Assembly (NCBI GenBank): GCA_041601615.1
Contig: JBFIHX010000001.1
Coordinates: 352,001 to 416,000, forward strand
Source of the DNA: Thermoplasmatota archaeon
Lineage (GTDB): Archaea > Thermoplasmatota > E2 > JACPAO01 > JAHFTW01
Direction of reading: 5' to 3'
DNA: 64,000 nucleotides
Positions within the stretch are counted from its first letter, which is position 1. Each line of letters starts with the position of its first letter. Below the pieces are notes generated by a model. That model was not told the DNA's origin, did not search any database, and saw nothing but the letters and a program-made list of their open reading frames with translations. This document shows, in pieces, positions 43,815-54,089 of the stretch. The translations under genes were made by a program, and so were the position numbers.

Positions 43815-45349
43815 ACCAACATCCCCTCGAGCTCCTTCAACTCCTTCTGAATCTCATCTTCGAGCGCCTGTAATTCTCGAATAATCTCCAATGGGTCGCG
43901 GTGTTCTACGGGCTCGTAGACTTCCTTCTTGTATCGGTTAATGGACAGGTCGTATCCCTCGGCTGCAATATCGGCCTTCGACACGCAGAAAGATTGGTCC
44001 GTTCGCTCTCGCTTCAGTTCGTCTCCCTCGCGGTTGGACCACCGTTTTAGGGCATCTGGGAGGTTGTTCTTTTCGTGGTCCTCGTCGGAGAGAGGCACCG
44101 CCGGAGCCACACCCAGTTTGCCTTCGTCTAGGAGTTCTTGCCGCTTGTCGTCAAGGCTCCAACCGTCGGCCTTCATGTCGTAGAACCAAACGTGGTCCGT
44201 GCCGCCGCTGTTGGTCTTGGTGAACAACAGAATCGCCGTGCTGACTCCGGCGTAGGGCTTGAAGGCGCCACTGGGAAGGCTCACAATGCCCTCCAATTGC
44301 TGCTCCTCTACCAGCATTTGCCGAAGCGCCTTGTGGGCCTTCGTGGAGCCAAACAAGACGCCGTCGGGGACAATAACGGCCGCGCGGCCGCCGGTCTTCA
44401 ACAAGCGCAAGAAAAGCGCCAGGAACAATAGTTCCGTCTTCTTCGTCTTGACAATCGCCAACAAGTCCTGGGCCGTTGCCTCGTAGTCAAGGCTCCCCGC
44501 AAATGGCGGATTGGCCAGAATCAAGGAGAAAGCATTCGACACGCCCGAATGGGCCTCTTCTAGGGAGTCCCGATACTCGATGCGAGGATTCTCCACGCCA
44601 TGCAGCATCATGTTCATGCTCCCAATGCGCAGCATCGTCGAATCAAAGTCGAACCCGTGAAACAGGTCCGAATTGAAGTGGTCGCGGGGCGCACGGTTCA
44701 GCAACGCATCCGCTTGGTGCTTGCGAATGTACTCCCCCGCCTCCACCAAGAAACCCGCCGTGCCACACGCCGGGTCGCAAATTTCGTCCGAAATAGTCGG
44801 CTCGCGCATGGCCACCATGAGTTGGATGATGTGGCGCGGAGTGCGGAACTGGCCGTTTTGGCCGGCACTTGCGATCTTGCCAAGCATATACTCGTACAAG
44901 TCGCCCTTCGTGTCCCGATCTTCCATTGGAATCTTCTCAAGCAAGTCCACGACCTTCGCCAAAAGAGCCGCCTTGGGAATCGTAAACCGGGCGTCCTTCA
45001 TGTGCTTGGCATACGTCGAATCGTCCCCGCCCATCTCGCGCAAGAACGGGAATACACGATCCGCCACAACCGAAAACATCAGTTCCGGCGCCATATTCGT
45101 AAACCGCGACCAGCGCAAATCCGAGTATGAACGACTAAACTCGTCCTCGCCAGACGGGAACACCGGCCGCTCGATTGGCTCCTTTAGCCGACTCGCCTTG
45201 TTTTCTGCTAAGGTGTGCAAATCATCCAACCGCTTGATGAACAACAGATACGTAATCTGCTCCAAGACCTCCATTGGATTGGCAATCCCACCACTCCAAA
45301 AGGCATCCCAGACCGCATCCACCTTCGATTTAACCTCGCCAGTAATCAC
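43811..45349 (-). CDS. hsdM: Type I R-M N6-adenine methyltransferase subunit M
   Basis: MITGEVKSKVDAVWDAFWSGG, GQFRTPRHII, DPACGTAGFL and NPPF. Confidence 0.96.
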   Translation of the reverse strand: MITGEVKSKVDAVWDAFWSGGIANPMEVLEQITYLLFIKRLDDLHTLAENKASRLKEPIERPVFPSGEDEFSRSYSDLRWSRFTNMAPELMFSVVADRVFPFLREMGGDDSTYAKHMKDARFTIPKAALLAKVVDLLEKIPMEDRDTKGDLYEYMLGKIASAGQNGQFRTPRHIIQLMVAMREPTISDEICDPACGTAGFLVEAGEYIRKHQADALLNRAPRDHFNSDLFHGFDFDSTMLRIGSMNMMLHGVENPRIEYRDSLEEAHSGVSNAFSLILANPPFAGSLDYEATAQDLLAIVKTKKTELLFLALFLRLLKTGGRAAVIVPDGVLFGSTKAHKALRQMLVEEQQLEGIVSLPSGAFKPYAGVSTAILLFTKTNSGGTDHVWFYDMKADGWSLDDKRQELLDEGKLGVAPAVPLSDEDHEKNNLPDALKRWSNREGDELKRERTDQSFCVSKADIAAEGYDLSINRYKKEVYEPVEHRDPLEIIRELQALEDEIQKELKELEGMLV

Positions 45350-45617
45350 GCAAAAGCCCCCAAGAGGGAAGCGAGGGAATCATTAGACGCAAGCGTCACA
45401 CCGGAACAAGTGCCACCAAGCAGGGCCACAACAGGCAAACAAGGGGCCCACATTAGGCGGTTTCCTACCTGGCCTCCCCCGCCCGGACGGCATCAGATTT
45501 CAAAATGGGGGGAGGCGAATTTCAAAATGAGGGGCGCGGCTGGACTTTTGGAACGCTCGTGGTGATGCCCCGACTTTGTCCCGTAAGGTTCGAGTGGCGG
45601 GCGGATTTGCGCAGTCT

Positions 45618-46037
45618 GTGGCCAAGCCAGCGCCCCCCACTGACGTTGATGCACTTCTGGCCGCGGCAAGTCCTCGGTTCCAAGCCGTGCACAAGGCGCT
45701 CGGCACCGCCGTACGCGAGGTATTCTCGGAAGCCACGAAATCGGTTGCGTGGAATATGCCCGGCTGGATCATCCCCGTGCCCCAGCCCCCTGCCGAGGCG
45801 GATTGGAAGGGAACGCTGCCCCGCACGCACTTGACGATCCTGGCAAGCGAGAAGAAGGCAGGCTTGACATTCCACGTTTGGCACCCGAATCGACCTGGCT
45901 TGCTGCAAGAGGAGGCGGCCTGGCTCAAAGCGGCCGGTTTCAAGCCGATGGTGGGTTGCGTGCAGTGGAACCGCAAAGGTGATCCGCCGATGGAGGCCTT
46001 TGAGCGGCTGCTTCGTGTGGCCAGGGATGCGTGTTGA
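45618..46037 (+). CDS. DUF1801/YdhG-like protein
   Basis: DVDALLAA..P..SVAWNMPGW..GCVQWNR pattern; start uncertain. Confidence 0.5.
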   Translation: MAKPAPPTDVDALLAAASPRFQAVHKALGTAVREVFSEATKSVAWNMPGWIIPVPQPPAEADWKGTLPRTHLTILASEKKAGLTFHVWHPNRPGLLQEEAAWLKAAGFKPMVGCVQWNRKGDPPMEAFERLLRVARDAC

Positions 46038-46771
46038 TGGAGGGGCGAGCGGGCCAGGAGCGACTCTGGATCACCGAGCCCCGTCGCGTCACTTGCCTCT
46101 GCACCGTAACGGCAGTCCAAGGCGATCGCTTCGTGGTGGATCGCGCCCTGTTTGCCCCTCGCAGCCGCGCAGTCAGGCACCCGCAGTACGCGGACGCTGG
46201 AACGGTCTGGTGGGATGGCGAAAAGAGAAGGCTCGCCAGCGTCGAGGACCGCGATGGAACGGTTTGGTATCGGCTTCGGGGCACGGTGCCGGAGGTGGGT
46301 GTGGAGTTGCAGTGTCAACTGGACCAAGACATCCGTGATTTGAACGACCGGGCACACACGGCGATGCATCTGTTGATTGCGGCGTTGCAGCAGGCGGGCG
46401 CGCCTCCGATGACGGCGGACCCGGAGGTCAAGGGTGGTGGCAATGCGCGGTTGACGTTCCAGCGCCCGGTGGCGCGCAATGTGCTCGCGGCAGCGGTGCA
46501 GCGCGTGACGCAGTGGATTCAGGCCGATGTTCCGGTGCAGCGGGCGTGGGCCACACGGGCAGAAGCAGAGCGGTTTGCCACCGTACAGAATTTTTCGCCT
46601 TTTGACCCGGTGCCGGGTGGCGATCCGGTGCCACTTGTGCGCATCGAGGGTGTTTGCGTGTTTGGCTGCGATGGCACGCACGCGGACCGGACGGGGCGCG
46701 TCGGGGGGTTCGGCATCGGCCACGCGGCGCAGGGGAAGGAGGGTTTTGTTGTGGTGGGGCGCGTGCTCTAG
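46037..46771 (+). CDS. alaX: AlaX-like alanyl-tRNA editing protein
   Basis: VVDRALFAP..QYADAG and the zinc motifs HTAMH and CDGTH. Confidence 0.8.
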   Translation: MEGRAGQERLWITEPRRVTCLCTVTAVQGDRFVVDRALFAPRSRAVRHPQYADAGTVWWDGEKRRLASVEDRDGTVWYRLRGTVPEVGVELQCQLDQDIRDLNDRAHTAMHLLIAALQQAGAPPMTADPEVKGGGNARLTFQRPVARNVLAAAVQRVTQWIQADVPVQRAWATRAEAERFATVQNFSPFDPVPGGDPVPLVRIEGVCVFGCDGTHADRTGRVGGFGIGHAAQGKEGFVVVGRVL

Positions 46772-46865
46772 GCTCGGCTTTGCGTTGCATGAGCAAAACC
46801 CGGCGCGGTCGTGGCGTCGTTTGGGCCACTCGCGAGGAGAATGAATGTGGGCTATGGGCTGCCGG

Positions 46866-48317
46866 TTAGCCGACCCGGAACAGCAGCACGAGGTCGAGGA
46901 TAAACAAGACCACGATCATCAGTTCCAGGAGAATGCCACGGCGGTGGTTGGTTTCTTCCTGGGCGAGGTGGAACATGTCCTCCAGCACCTCGGTTTTGTG
47001 CGCCACGGCACTTTCCCAGGCGCCGATGCGCATCCGTTCGTGGAGTTTTGCGTGCAGTCGCTCGGTGAAACGGTCGCCGAATGCTTTGCCGGTTCCGTGC
47101 AGGGGGTCGGTGAGACGGGCGACTTCTACGCGCACTTGGGCAAGTTCTCGAAGGGCGGCCCGGGCGGACCGGAAGAGGCCTCCGGCAGCCCAGAGGCGAT
47201 CCAGGGAACGGAAGGAGCCTTCGAGGCGGCGGTCGAGGTAGGAATCGTAGGTTCGAAACTCCAGCAACTCGGCGCGGGCAAGTTCCAGTACGTCTAGGAT
47301 GTCGCGTCCCCCGTCCTCGGCGCACCAGACCACGGCGCGGTCACGGCCTACGAGGATCGCTTCCTTGCCTCGTCGTTGTACTTCGGCGTCGGCGTCGGCG
47401 TCACCAAATACGTAGGCGCGGGCACTTTCTAGGTCCGATTCGGGGCCATGGACGACTCGTACGTCCCAGCGTTCCACGACCGCCGTTACGGTGTAGGTTT
47501 CGCGGACGGCCGCATCCACTTCTTGACGTACTTGGGAGCGCCACGCCAGGGTTCGTGCTTCTACGTCTCCGGCGGATTCCCCCACGGGCCGGGTGATGCG
47601 GATGGCTAGGACGCCGACGCTGTGCAAGCGGGCTTCTATACGGTGGCCTTGGTCCTCGAATGCAACGGCAAGCGGCGCCGAGAATGGTCCAAAACGGCCT
47701 CCTTCGACTCCGTCGACCAGTTCCACGCGGCGAGGGGTGTGTCCGAGCAAGGTCGTGACTGCACCAAGGTCCAATGTGGCACCGAGGTCCACGAGTGCAA
47801 ACGTGACCGCCTCCGTTCCTGTTTCGGCGAGTTTGGCAGGTACGCGGACGGCCAGCAACCAGCGATCCCGGCGCATGGGCACGGAGGAATCGCCGCGCCA
47901 TGCCGCGTCAAACTCTTCGAGGCTCATCGAAGATTCGGGCCCGGTCCACGGATCATGCAAGACAATTTCGCGATTGTTGATACGGGAGACAACCGCGTAG
48001 TGGTCCGTGTTTTCGGACTCCAGCCAGTAGCACACAATCACCACATGGCGGGCCCGCATCAATTGGCCAATCTCTGAGACCTTGGTGGTGCTGTGATGGA
48101 CGACACTCTCCAGGCCTAGATCCTCCACGAATTTGGCGAGGACTTTCTGCCGAGTGCCGATGTGCGCGTCCGTGCCGAGTTGTTCTGCAAGGCTCTGTTC
48201 TTCGATGCGGATGCCCCAGAGGCCATCTAGGACCATCTTGAGGGCGGCGGGCCCGCATGTAAAATCGGTCTCCTGCTCATGGTGCGGGATGTCGATAGGG
48301 GCCGAGTGTTGGACCAC
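46866..48317 (-). CDS. C39-like cysteine peptidase fused to an RMD1/DUF155-like domain with C-terminal TM helix
   Basis: HEQETDFTCGPAAL, DHYAVV and LHDP; the C-terminal half is helical and ends RGILLELMIVVLFILDLVLLF. Confidence 0.7.
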   Translation of the reverse strand: MVQHSAPIDIPHHEQETDFTCGPAALKMVLDGLWGIRIEEQSLAEQLGTDAHIGTRQKVLAKFVEDLGLESVVHHSTTKVSEIGQLMRARHVVIVCYWLESENTDHYAVVSRINNREIVLHDPWTGPESSMSLEEFDAAWRGDSSVPMRRDRWLLAVRVPAKLAETGTEAVTFALVDLGATLDLGAVTTLLGHTPRRVELVDGVEGGRFGPFSAPLAVAFEDQGHRIEARLHSVGVLAIRITRPVGESAGDVEARTLAWRSQVRQEVDAAVRETYTVTAVVERWDVRVVHGPESDLESARAYVFGDADADAEVQRRGKEAILVGRDRAVVWCAEDGGRDILDVLELARAELLEFRTYDSYLDRRLEGSFRSLDRLWAAGGLFRSARAALRELAQVRVEVARLTDPLHGTGKAFGDRFTERLHAKLHERMRIGAWESAVAHKTEVLEDMFHLAQEETNHRRGILLELMIVVLFILDLVLLFRVG

Positions 48318-48442
48318 GAATGTGGAATAGAACCCTCAGGTGGATGAAGTCATGCCCCGACCAGCGGGTTTGGAGACCTCTTGCAAGCTCCAGGTCCACT
48401 ACCACCACCACCACCACCACCAAATACCCCAAGCGCGCATGT

Positions 48443-48658
48443 ATGCTTGTGTCCGTAATCAGCATCCGTATACCCGAGGAGACGACAGAGGTGTATCGGC
48501 GGCTCGGGCTTCGACCGTCCGTGGTCGCCAAGGAGTACCTCATGCAACACGCTCGAGAATTGGAACTGGACGGACGCCTCCAGAGATTTGCCGTCTACCG
48601 AAAGCCATCCACGCACCCCGTCGTGGACGACCTACGCGACGTTCGCGACCATGACTAG
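48443..48658 (+). CDS. VapB-like antitoxin (RHH-like)
   Basis: SVISIRIPEE N-terminal strand; overlaps the PIN gene. Confidence 0.7.
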   Translation: MLVSVISIRIPEETTEVYRRLGLRPSVVAKEYLMQHARELELDGRLQRFAVYRKPSTHPVVDDLRDVRDHD

Positions 48659-49073
48659 AACCGAAGTCGTCGTCGACGCAAGCATCCTCCTGAAGCTTGT
48701 CTTGGAGGAGGCAGACAGCCCCGCTTGCCTCCTGTGGTACGAACGAGCCATCAAGGCCGACCACCGACTCATGGCCCCCGCCAACCTGTACGCAGAGACG
48801 GGGCGCGTGGTGCAGCGGCGATTTCCAGAATTGACCGATGGCGAGAGACAACTTGTGCACGAGGACATTGTCGCCGGCATCGAGTTTCTACCACCCAACA
48901 AGGAGGCAGATTGGGGTGCTGCCCAGCACCTGGAGTTCTTTGACGCGCTCTATCTTGCTGCGGCGCAGGGGCGCAGCCTCGCCACGGCAGACAAGCGTAT
49001 GGCAAAGGCCGCATCAGCGCTGGGCATTCCCCTCGTAGATTTGCCCATCGTGGCAACAACGAACGAAACCTAG
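48651..49073 (+). CDS. vapC: PIN-domain toxin VapC
   Basis: VVVDASILLKLVLEE, FFDALYLAAA and LATADKRM. Confidence 0.9.
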   Translation: MTRTEVVVDASILLKLVLEEADSPACLLWYERAIKADHRLMAPANLYAETGRVVQRRFPELTDGERQLVHEDIVAGIEFLPPNKEADWGAAQHLEFFDALYLAAAQGRSLATADKRMAKAASALGIPLVDLPIVATTNET

Positions 49074-49297
49074 CTCGTCGCCCATTGCAGCGGCCTCGCC
49101 CCGAAAGGGCCCAGAATTGGTCTTGCTTACCGAACAAATCCAGGCAAAAGGCCAACCTCTGATCCCCTGAGGCGGCGTCGTTGCGCACCAGCTTCACTCG
49201 ATGGCAAGGACACCCGGCGCAAGGCAGCTTCAGAGTGGCCTTGCAATGAGCAACGCGGTGCGCTGTAGTGATTCGCTGTGTCGGGATTTCCGTTTGA

Positions 49298-50770
49298 CTA
49301 GTAGGTCCGTGCGAAGCGGATCCACTCGGTCGCCGGCTCCCCGGTGACGGCGCAGACTTGACCCGAGGCGTCCGAGTCCACATCGACTGGAACCCCGAGC
49401 GTCTTGATGTCGAGCGCCTTCTCGACCTCCTGGGCCGCCGCATCGTCCTTGATGGGCATCTCGAAGATGCATTCGAGTTTTTCTTCGGCGTCCACGGCTT
49501 TGGCTTCGTCGAGGGTCTGCACGCGCTTGATGCGTTCGTTGCAGAAGTTGGCCTGGCGCTCGTACATTGCCTCCTGGATGACGCCCAGAAGTTGCTCCAC
49601 GTCTTCTTCGAGTCGAGCCAATTGCAGGGGTTGTTTGCCGTCGCGGCCGGGAATGTCGCGGCGGGCGGCGAACACCGATTCTTTTTCGACGTCCTTGGGG
49701 CCGATTTCGAGGCGCAGGGGCACGCCGCGCACTTCCCAGTGGAAGTATTTCTCGCCAGGGCTCTTTTCGCGGGTGTCGATCTTGACGCGGAGGCCGGCCG
49801 CGATGAGGCGGTCGGTGACGTCCTGTGCATAGCTGCGGATGCGCTCGGCATCGCCCTTGAAGAGGATGGGCACGACGACCACTTGCACCGGCGCAACACT
49901 GGGGGGAAGTAGGAGGCCGTTGTCGTCGCCGTGGCAGCCCACGACGGCACCAACGAGGCGCTCGGACATGCCGTATGTGGTCTGGTGGCAGTGCTTGTGG
50001 GTCTTGTCCTCCGCCTCGTACGTCATGTCGTACGCCTCGGCGAAATTGGTGCCGTAGTAGTGCACCGTCGCGCATTGGAGCACCTTGCCACTGGGCATGA
50101 TGACGTCGGCGGCGTTGCTCTCTACGGCGCCGGGGAACTTGTCCCACTCTGGGCGCCGGGTGCGAATGGTCGGCAGTGCGAGGTTGTCGAACACCTCGCC
50201 GACAATTTCCAAGTCCAAGTCCACATGGGCGCGGGCGTCTTCTTCGGTGGCAAAGACGCTGTGGTCCTCGAAGAAGTGGATTTCGCGTACGCGCATGAAC
50301 GCCCGCGTCTGCTTGGTTTCATAGCGGAAGACATTGCAGATTTGGTAGGTTTGAAGCGGCAGGTCCGAGTGGCTGCGGATCCAGAGCGGAAACACCTCGT
50401 ACATGGCGCACTCGCTCGTGGGGCGGACTACCCAGCGTTCGCCATCGGGGAGGGGGTTGTTGCCAGCTCGGTCGACCCAGAACACCTCGCCGCCGAATCC
50501 CTTGATTTGGTCGGCTTCCTTCATGAACAGTTTTTCTGGAATCATGAGGGGGAACGAAACTTCGTCGTGGCCTGTGTGCTCCATTTGCGTGCGCGTGAAC
50601 TGGTCGATGCGGCTCATGATGGACTGGCCATAGGGACGCCAAATGTTCATGCCCTTGATCGGGTAGCGCTTGTCCGTGAGTTCCGCTTCTTCCACGATGT
50701 GGTTGTACCACTCCATGAAGTCTTGGCTCTTGAGAGGGCGGCGGGTGGGCTCCTCGACGGTCGCGGGCAT
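49298..50770 (-). CDS. proS: Prolyl-tRNA synthetase, archaeal/eukaryotic type
   Basis: EWYNHIVEEAEL..RYPIKG, RPTSE, FRYETKQTRAFMRVRE, HQTTYGMSER and GVPLRLEIGPKD. Confidence 0.96.
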   Translation of the reverse strand: MPATVEEPTRRPLKSQDFMEWYNHIVEEAELTDKRYPIKGMNIWRPYGQSIMSRIDQFTRTQMEHTGHDEVSFPLMIPEKLFMKEADQIKGFGGEVFWVDRAGNNPLPDGERWVVRPTSECAMYEVFPLWIRSHSDLPLQTYQICNVFRYETKQTRAFMRVREIHFFEDHSVFATEEDARAHVDLDLEIVGEVFDNLALPTIRTRRPEWDKFPGAVESNAADVIMPSGKVLQCATVHYYGTNFAEAYDMTYEAEDKTHKHCHQTTYGMSERLVGAVVGCHGDDNGLLLPPSVAPVQVVVVPILFKGDAERIRSYAQDVTDRLIAAGLRVKIDTREKSPGEKYFHWEVRGVPLRLEIGPKDVEKESVFAARRDIPGRDGKQPLQLARLEEDVEQLLGVIQEAMYERQANFCNERIKRVQTLDEAKAVDAEEKLECIFEMPIKDDAAAQEVEKALDIKTLGVPVDVDSDASGQVCAVTGEPATEWIRFARTY

Positions 50771-50835
50771 TGCACCGGCCACTCAGGGGGCTATGAAAAA
50801 ACCGTCCGCCTCGGTTCTCGGCGCGTCATGGGGCT

Positions 50836-51774
50836 TTAGGACCGCCATGTAACAGGTTTGCCAAGTTCTGAAAGCCCGTCTGCGTCGAAAAGCGCCGGGT
50901 CGGTTCCTTGGTCCACAAAGGCGCTCTTGTGATCAATCAGGAATCCCTCCAGTGGCCGCGGCGGCATGCCCGTGAGCCGGCTGACGGCATCCGTCGCCTT
51001 CGCGTGCACTTGGGTCGAAAGCAACGCCGCAATTTCCGTCGCGGCCTCCAGTTCGTGGCCATGATCCATCAAGTGGGCGGTGAATTCCTCTGGATCCACG
51101 CGACGAACTTGCACCGGGTGCCCCACGTTGTAGCCCAACATCTCGGCAACCTCAGGTAGGCCCCAGGCGCGGGGCCCGGTGAGCACATGCTCCTGGCCTC
51201 GGTGCACAATCTGGGTGAGGACGCTGACCAGGGAATCTGCCACGTCCCGCACATCCACATACGGCACACCGGCGCCGTTGGTCGGGTCAAGGATGTCGGT
51301 GCCGGCGCGCACGTCGGCGGCGAACTCCAAGAGGTCCTGGTGGTAGAGGTGCGGAGACAAGATCGTGTGCCGAAGGCCGCTTTGACGCAGCGCTTCGTTT
51401 GCCCTGCCGTGGCGCCGGAGTACGGCGCTTTCTGCGTCCACGCTTGCGCGCACCATGCTCAGGCGCACCACATGGTTGATGCCCACCGCGGAAGCTGCCT
51501 CGAGGAGTACCGATTCGTATTCCTCGTCGACGCGGTGGCCGCGCCCCATGACCAGGAGCACCTTCACATCCCCGAGCATCCGCCGCAATCCCCGCTGTAG
51601 GTGCACGTCCGCGTCCCGTATCTCGACGCCCTGTACGAATGGCACCTCCGCCTCCGCTTCCCCCACTTCCGGGCGAGGATTGGGTGCAAGCAATGCCACG
51701 GGATGGTTGAAAAGAACCAACCTCTGGGCCACCAAGCGACCCAGGAACCCCCCGGGGCTGCTGAACAGAATCAT
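50836..51774 (-). CDS. NmrA-like NAD(P)-binding protein
   Basis: GGFLGRLV, GINHVVRLS, VDVRDVA and LTGPRA. Start uncertain. Confidence 0.82.
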   Translation of the reverse strand: MILFSSPGGFLGRLVAQRLVLFNHPVALLAPNPRPEVGEAEAEVPFVQGVEIRDADVHLQRGLRRMLGDVKVLLVMGRGHRVDEEYESVLLEAASAVGINHVVRLSMVRASVDAESAVLRRHGRANEALRQSGLRHTILSPHLYHQDLLEFAADVRAGTDILDPTNGAGVPYVDVRDVADSLVSVLTQIVHRGQEHVLTGPRAWGLPEVAEMLGYNVGHPVQVRRVDPEEFTAHLMDHGHELEAATEIAALLSTQVHAKATDAVSRLTGMPPRPLEGFLIDHKSAFVDQGTDPALFDADGLSELGKPVTWRS

Positions 51775-52175
51775 GCTTCCCGAACAAACCTTGGATTCGT
51801 GGCTATTTAGTTGCAGGACGTTCCCTCTGCCCCTCCGCCCCAAGAGGGCAACGGGCTGTTTTTCCCTCTGCACGACTTGGGATTGTGCACGCTCAGCGAC
51901 CTAGCCAAGCTCCAAGGGGTCGAGCGGTTGTTGGTGGTGCCGATTGCAGCCGATTCTCCGAAGGTCCCACGCGCACCAAGTGCAGGCACCCAGCCAAGAG
52001 GGGAACCTTGGAGCTGGCTGAAGGGATTGCCAATTGACCGCCAAACTAGAGATTATTCGTCACTTTATTACCCTCAATGGTACAACAAAATGACACATAA
52101 CACTATAATTTCGATGTTAATGGGTTCATTGTGGACTATATGTACACGGGTAACAAAACAACGCATCGAAAATTC

Positions 52176-54089
52176 ATGAGAAGCATCTATGCTCTCTTGA
52201 CCATCTCCCTGTTCCTGGGAGCGACCTCTGCCGGTGCCATCGGAGACAACGGCGGCGACGACGACCAGGACAAGGAAGATCCACGCGTCCATTGCGCAAG
52301 CTCGGCCCGCATCGAATCCTTGGCCAGCTCCCCCACCAACAACCCACGCGCCACCTGCAACGCCGCTCCGCCTTGCAGCTTCGTGCGCGGAGACAATCAG
52401 CGCGCACAGACCGACCCCCAATGCCTCTCGGAGGCACCTTGCAGGGGCCGTTCCTCCGGCGTCGCCACCCGCGCGACCCTAGGCTTTGACAGCGAAGTCG
52501 CTTCGGCCAACTACGATTTCCGCACAGACAGCCGGCATATCGCCACGCCCAAGGCCATCGAATTCGCCACGCCAGCCCGGGGCATCGAGAGCAACCTGCT
52601 CAAGAGCCCCATCCAATTCTTCGAGCACCCCGACCCTTGCAAGACCAGCAGAGGCTCGGACGTGCCTCGATTATGGAACGAGAACGCCGACGAAGGCACC
52701 CCCATCTCGAAGGACGCCGCCGGTCGATTCCGCTGCACCCCACCCACGAGCCTCACCGATCTGGACTACGACAACCCGGCAATCATCCCGTCCTCGACCG
52801 GCTACGGCGCCATCGTCGCATACGCCCACGAACGCGGCAGCAAGTACGAACTGCACGCCCAGCGACTCAGCCTTCAAGGCAACGTCAAGTGGCCCGTTGC
52901 CAACAACGACGCCAGCACGGACATCGCCGTCGCGCCCGGCCCCAGCACTTTCCAGTGCGAACCCGTCATGATTCCCGACGGATCCGGCGGCGCCATTCTT
53001 GCCTGGGAAGACCTCCGCAATGGCGACCTCGACATCTACGCCCAGCGCATTGATCTCAACGGAAATGTGGTCGCGGGCGGCGCCTGGCAAGCATCCGGGC
53101 GCCCCGTCGCCTCTGTGGCGGGCATGCAAAGCAACCCCGCCATCGCATCCGACGACAACAGCGGCGCATTCATCGCCTGGCAAGACAGTCGCAGCGGCAC
53201 CGACCACATCTACGTCCAGCACCTCGATGCCAGCGGAGCCGCCTCATGCGACCCCAATGGCGAACCGGTCTTGAGCACCGGCACCAGCCCCCGCCAGCGC
53301 GCCGTCTCCATCGCCGCCGACGGCAGCGGAGGCGCCTTCCTTGCTTGGGAAGAAAGCGGTGCAGACAAGGACATTTTTGGCATGCACATCGATGCAAACT
53401 GCCAACAAAGCTGGCTCTCCACGGGCCCCGGCCTTCCCATCTCAGAAGCCACAGGCAACGAATGGAGCCCCACCATCATCTCGGATGAAGCCGGCGGCGC
53501 CATCGTGACCTGGAGCAACGATTACTCCGGCGTCCACGCCGCACACATCGTCGGCATCGGCACACGCGACTGGTCCAAGACCCTGAACGGACCCGGCAAC
53601 GTGCACGACCTTCGCGCCATCCCCGACGGCAATGGCGGCGCGGTGCTTGCTTGGACCCAAGTCCACGCCTACACCCAGCACATTGACAGCGACGGCACCG
53701 CCCTGTTTGGCAACCCCGTGGTCATCGCCCAAGGCGATTACCCCACCCGAATCTTCCGAGACCTCGACCTTGCAACCGACGGCAATGGCGGCGCCCTCGT
53801 CACCATGTCCCAGTTCTCCAAGGTCGTCTCTTCCAGCTTCGATGTGGTCGCAAACCATGTCACAAGCACGGGAGCCCTCCCCTGGGGCGCAACCCCCATC
53901 GAAGTAGGCAACGCCGACAGCTACCAAGAGCTGCCCCATGTCTCCTATGTCACCGACCGAGGCACCGATGGCCCTGCCTGGATGGTGGTTTGGTTCGACG
54001 GCCGCGACGAAGCCGCAGACGTCTACGGCCAGTGCATCAGCCCAGACAGCACCCTAGGCAACTGCTGGCCCAACGCCCCCGACCTCTAA
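52176..54089 (+). CDS. Secreted repeat (beta-propeller-like) protein
   Basis: Signal peptide MRSIYALLTISLFLGATSAGA; repeated DG(S/N)GGAxxAW..D..(D/H)IYAQ units. Confidence 0.8.
   Translation: MRSIYALLTISLFLGATSAGAIGDNGGDDDQDKEDPRVHCASSARIESLASSPTNNPRATCNAAPPCSFVRGDNQRAQTDPQCLSEAPCRGRSSGVATRATLGFDSEVASANYDFRTDSRHIATPKAIEFATPARGIESNLLKSPIQFFEHPDPCKTSRGSDVPRLWNENADEGTPISKDAAGRFRCTPPTSLTDLDYDNPAIIPSSTGYGAIVAYAHERGSKYELHAQRLSLQGNVKWPVANNDASTDIAVAPGPSTFQCEPVMIPDGSGGAILAWEDLRNGDLDIYAQRIDLNGNVVAGGAWQASGRPVASVAGMQSNPAIASDDNSGAFIAWQDSRSGTDHIYVQHLDASGAASCDPNGEPVLSTGTSPRQRAVSIAADGSGGAFLAWEESGADKDIFGMHIDANCQQSWLSTGPGLPISEATGNEWSPTIISDEAGGAIVTWSNDYSGVHAAHIVGIGTRDWSKTLNGPGNVHDLRAIPDGNGGAVLAWTQVHAYTQHIDSDGTALFGNPVVIAQGDYPTRIFRDLDLATDGNGGALVTMSQFSKVVSSSFDVVANHVTSTGALPWGATPIEVGNADSYQELPHVSYVTDRGTDGPAWMVVWFDGRDEAADVYGQCISPDSTLGNCWPNAPDL

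Noticed and set aside
33576-45512. AAATGGGGGG at both island edges (~33577 and ~45503) as att sites or target duplication
   Set aside because: It is only 10 nt and low complexity, with no integrase or tRNA nearby, so it cannot be distinguished from chance.
48396-48422. (CAC)n microsatellite giving poly-His, poly-Thr or poly-Val ORFs
   Set aside because: It is a short intergenic triplet run upstream of the vapB-like gene; the ORFs that include it are not credible.
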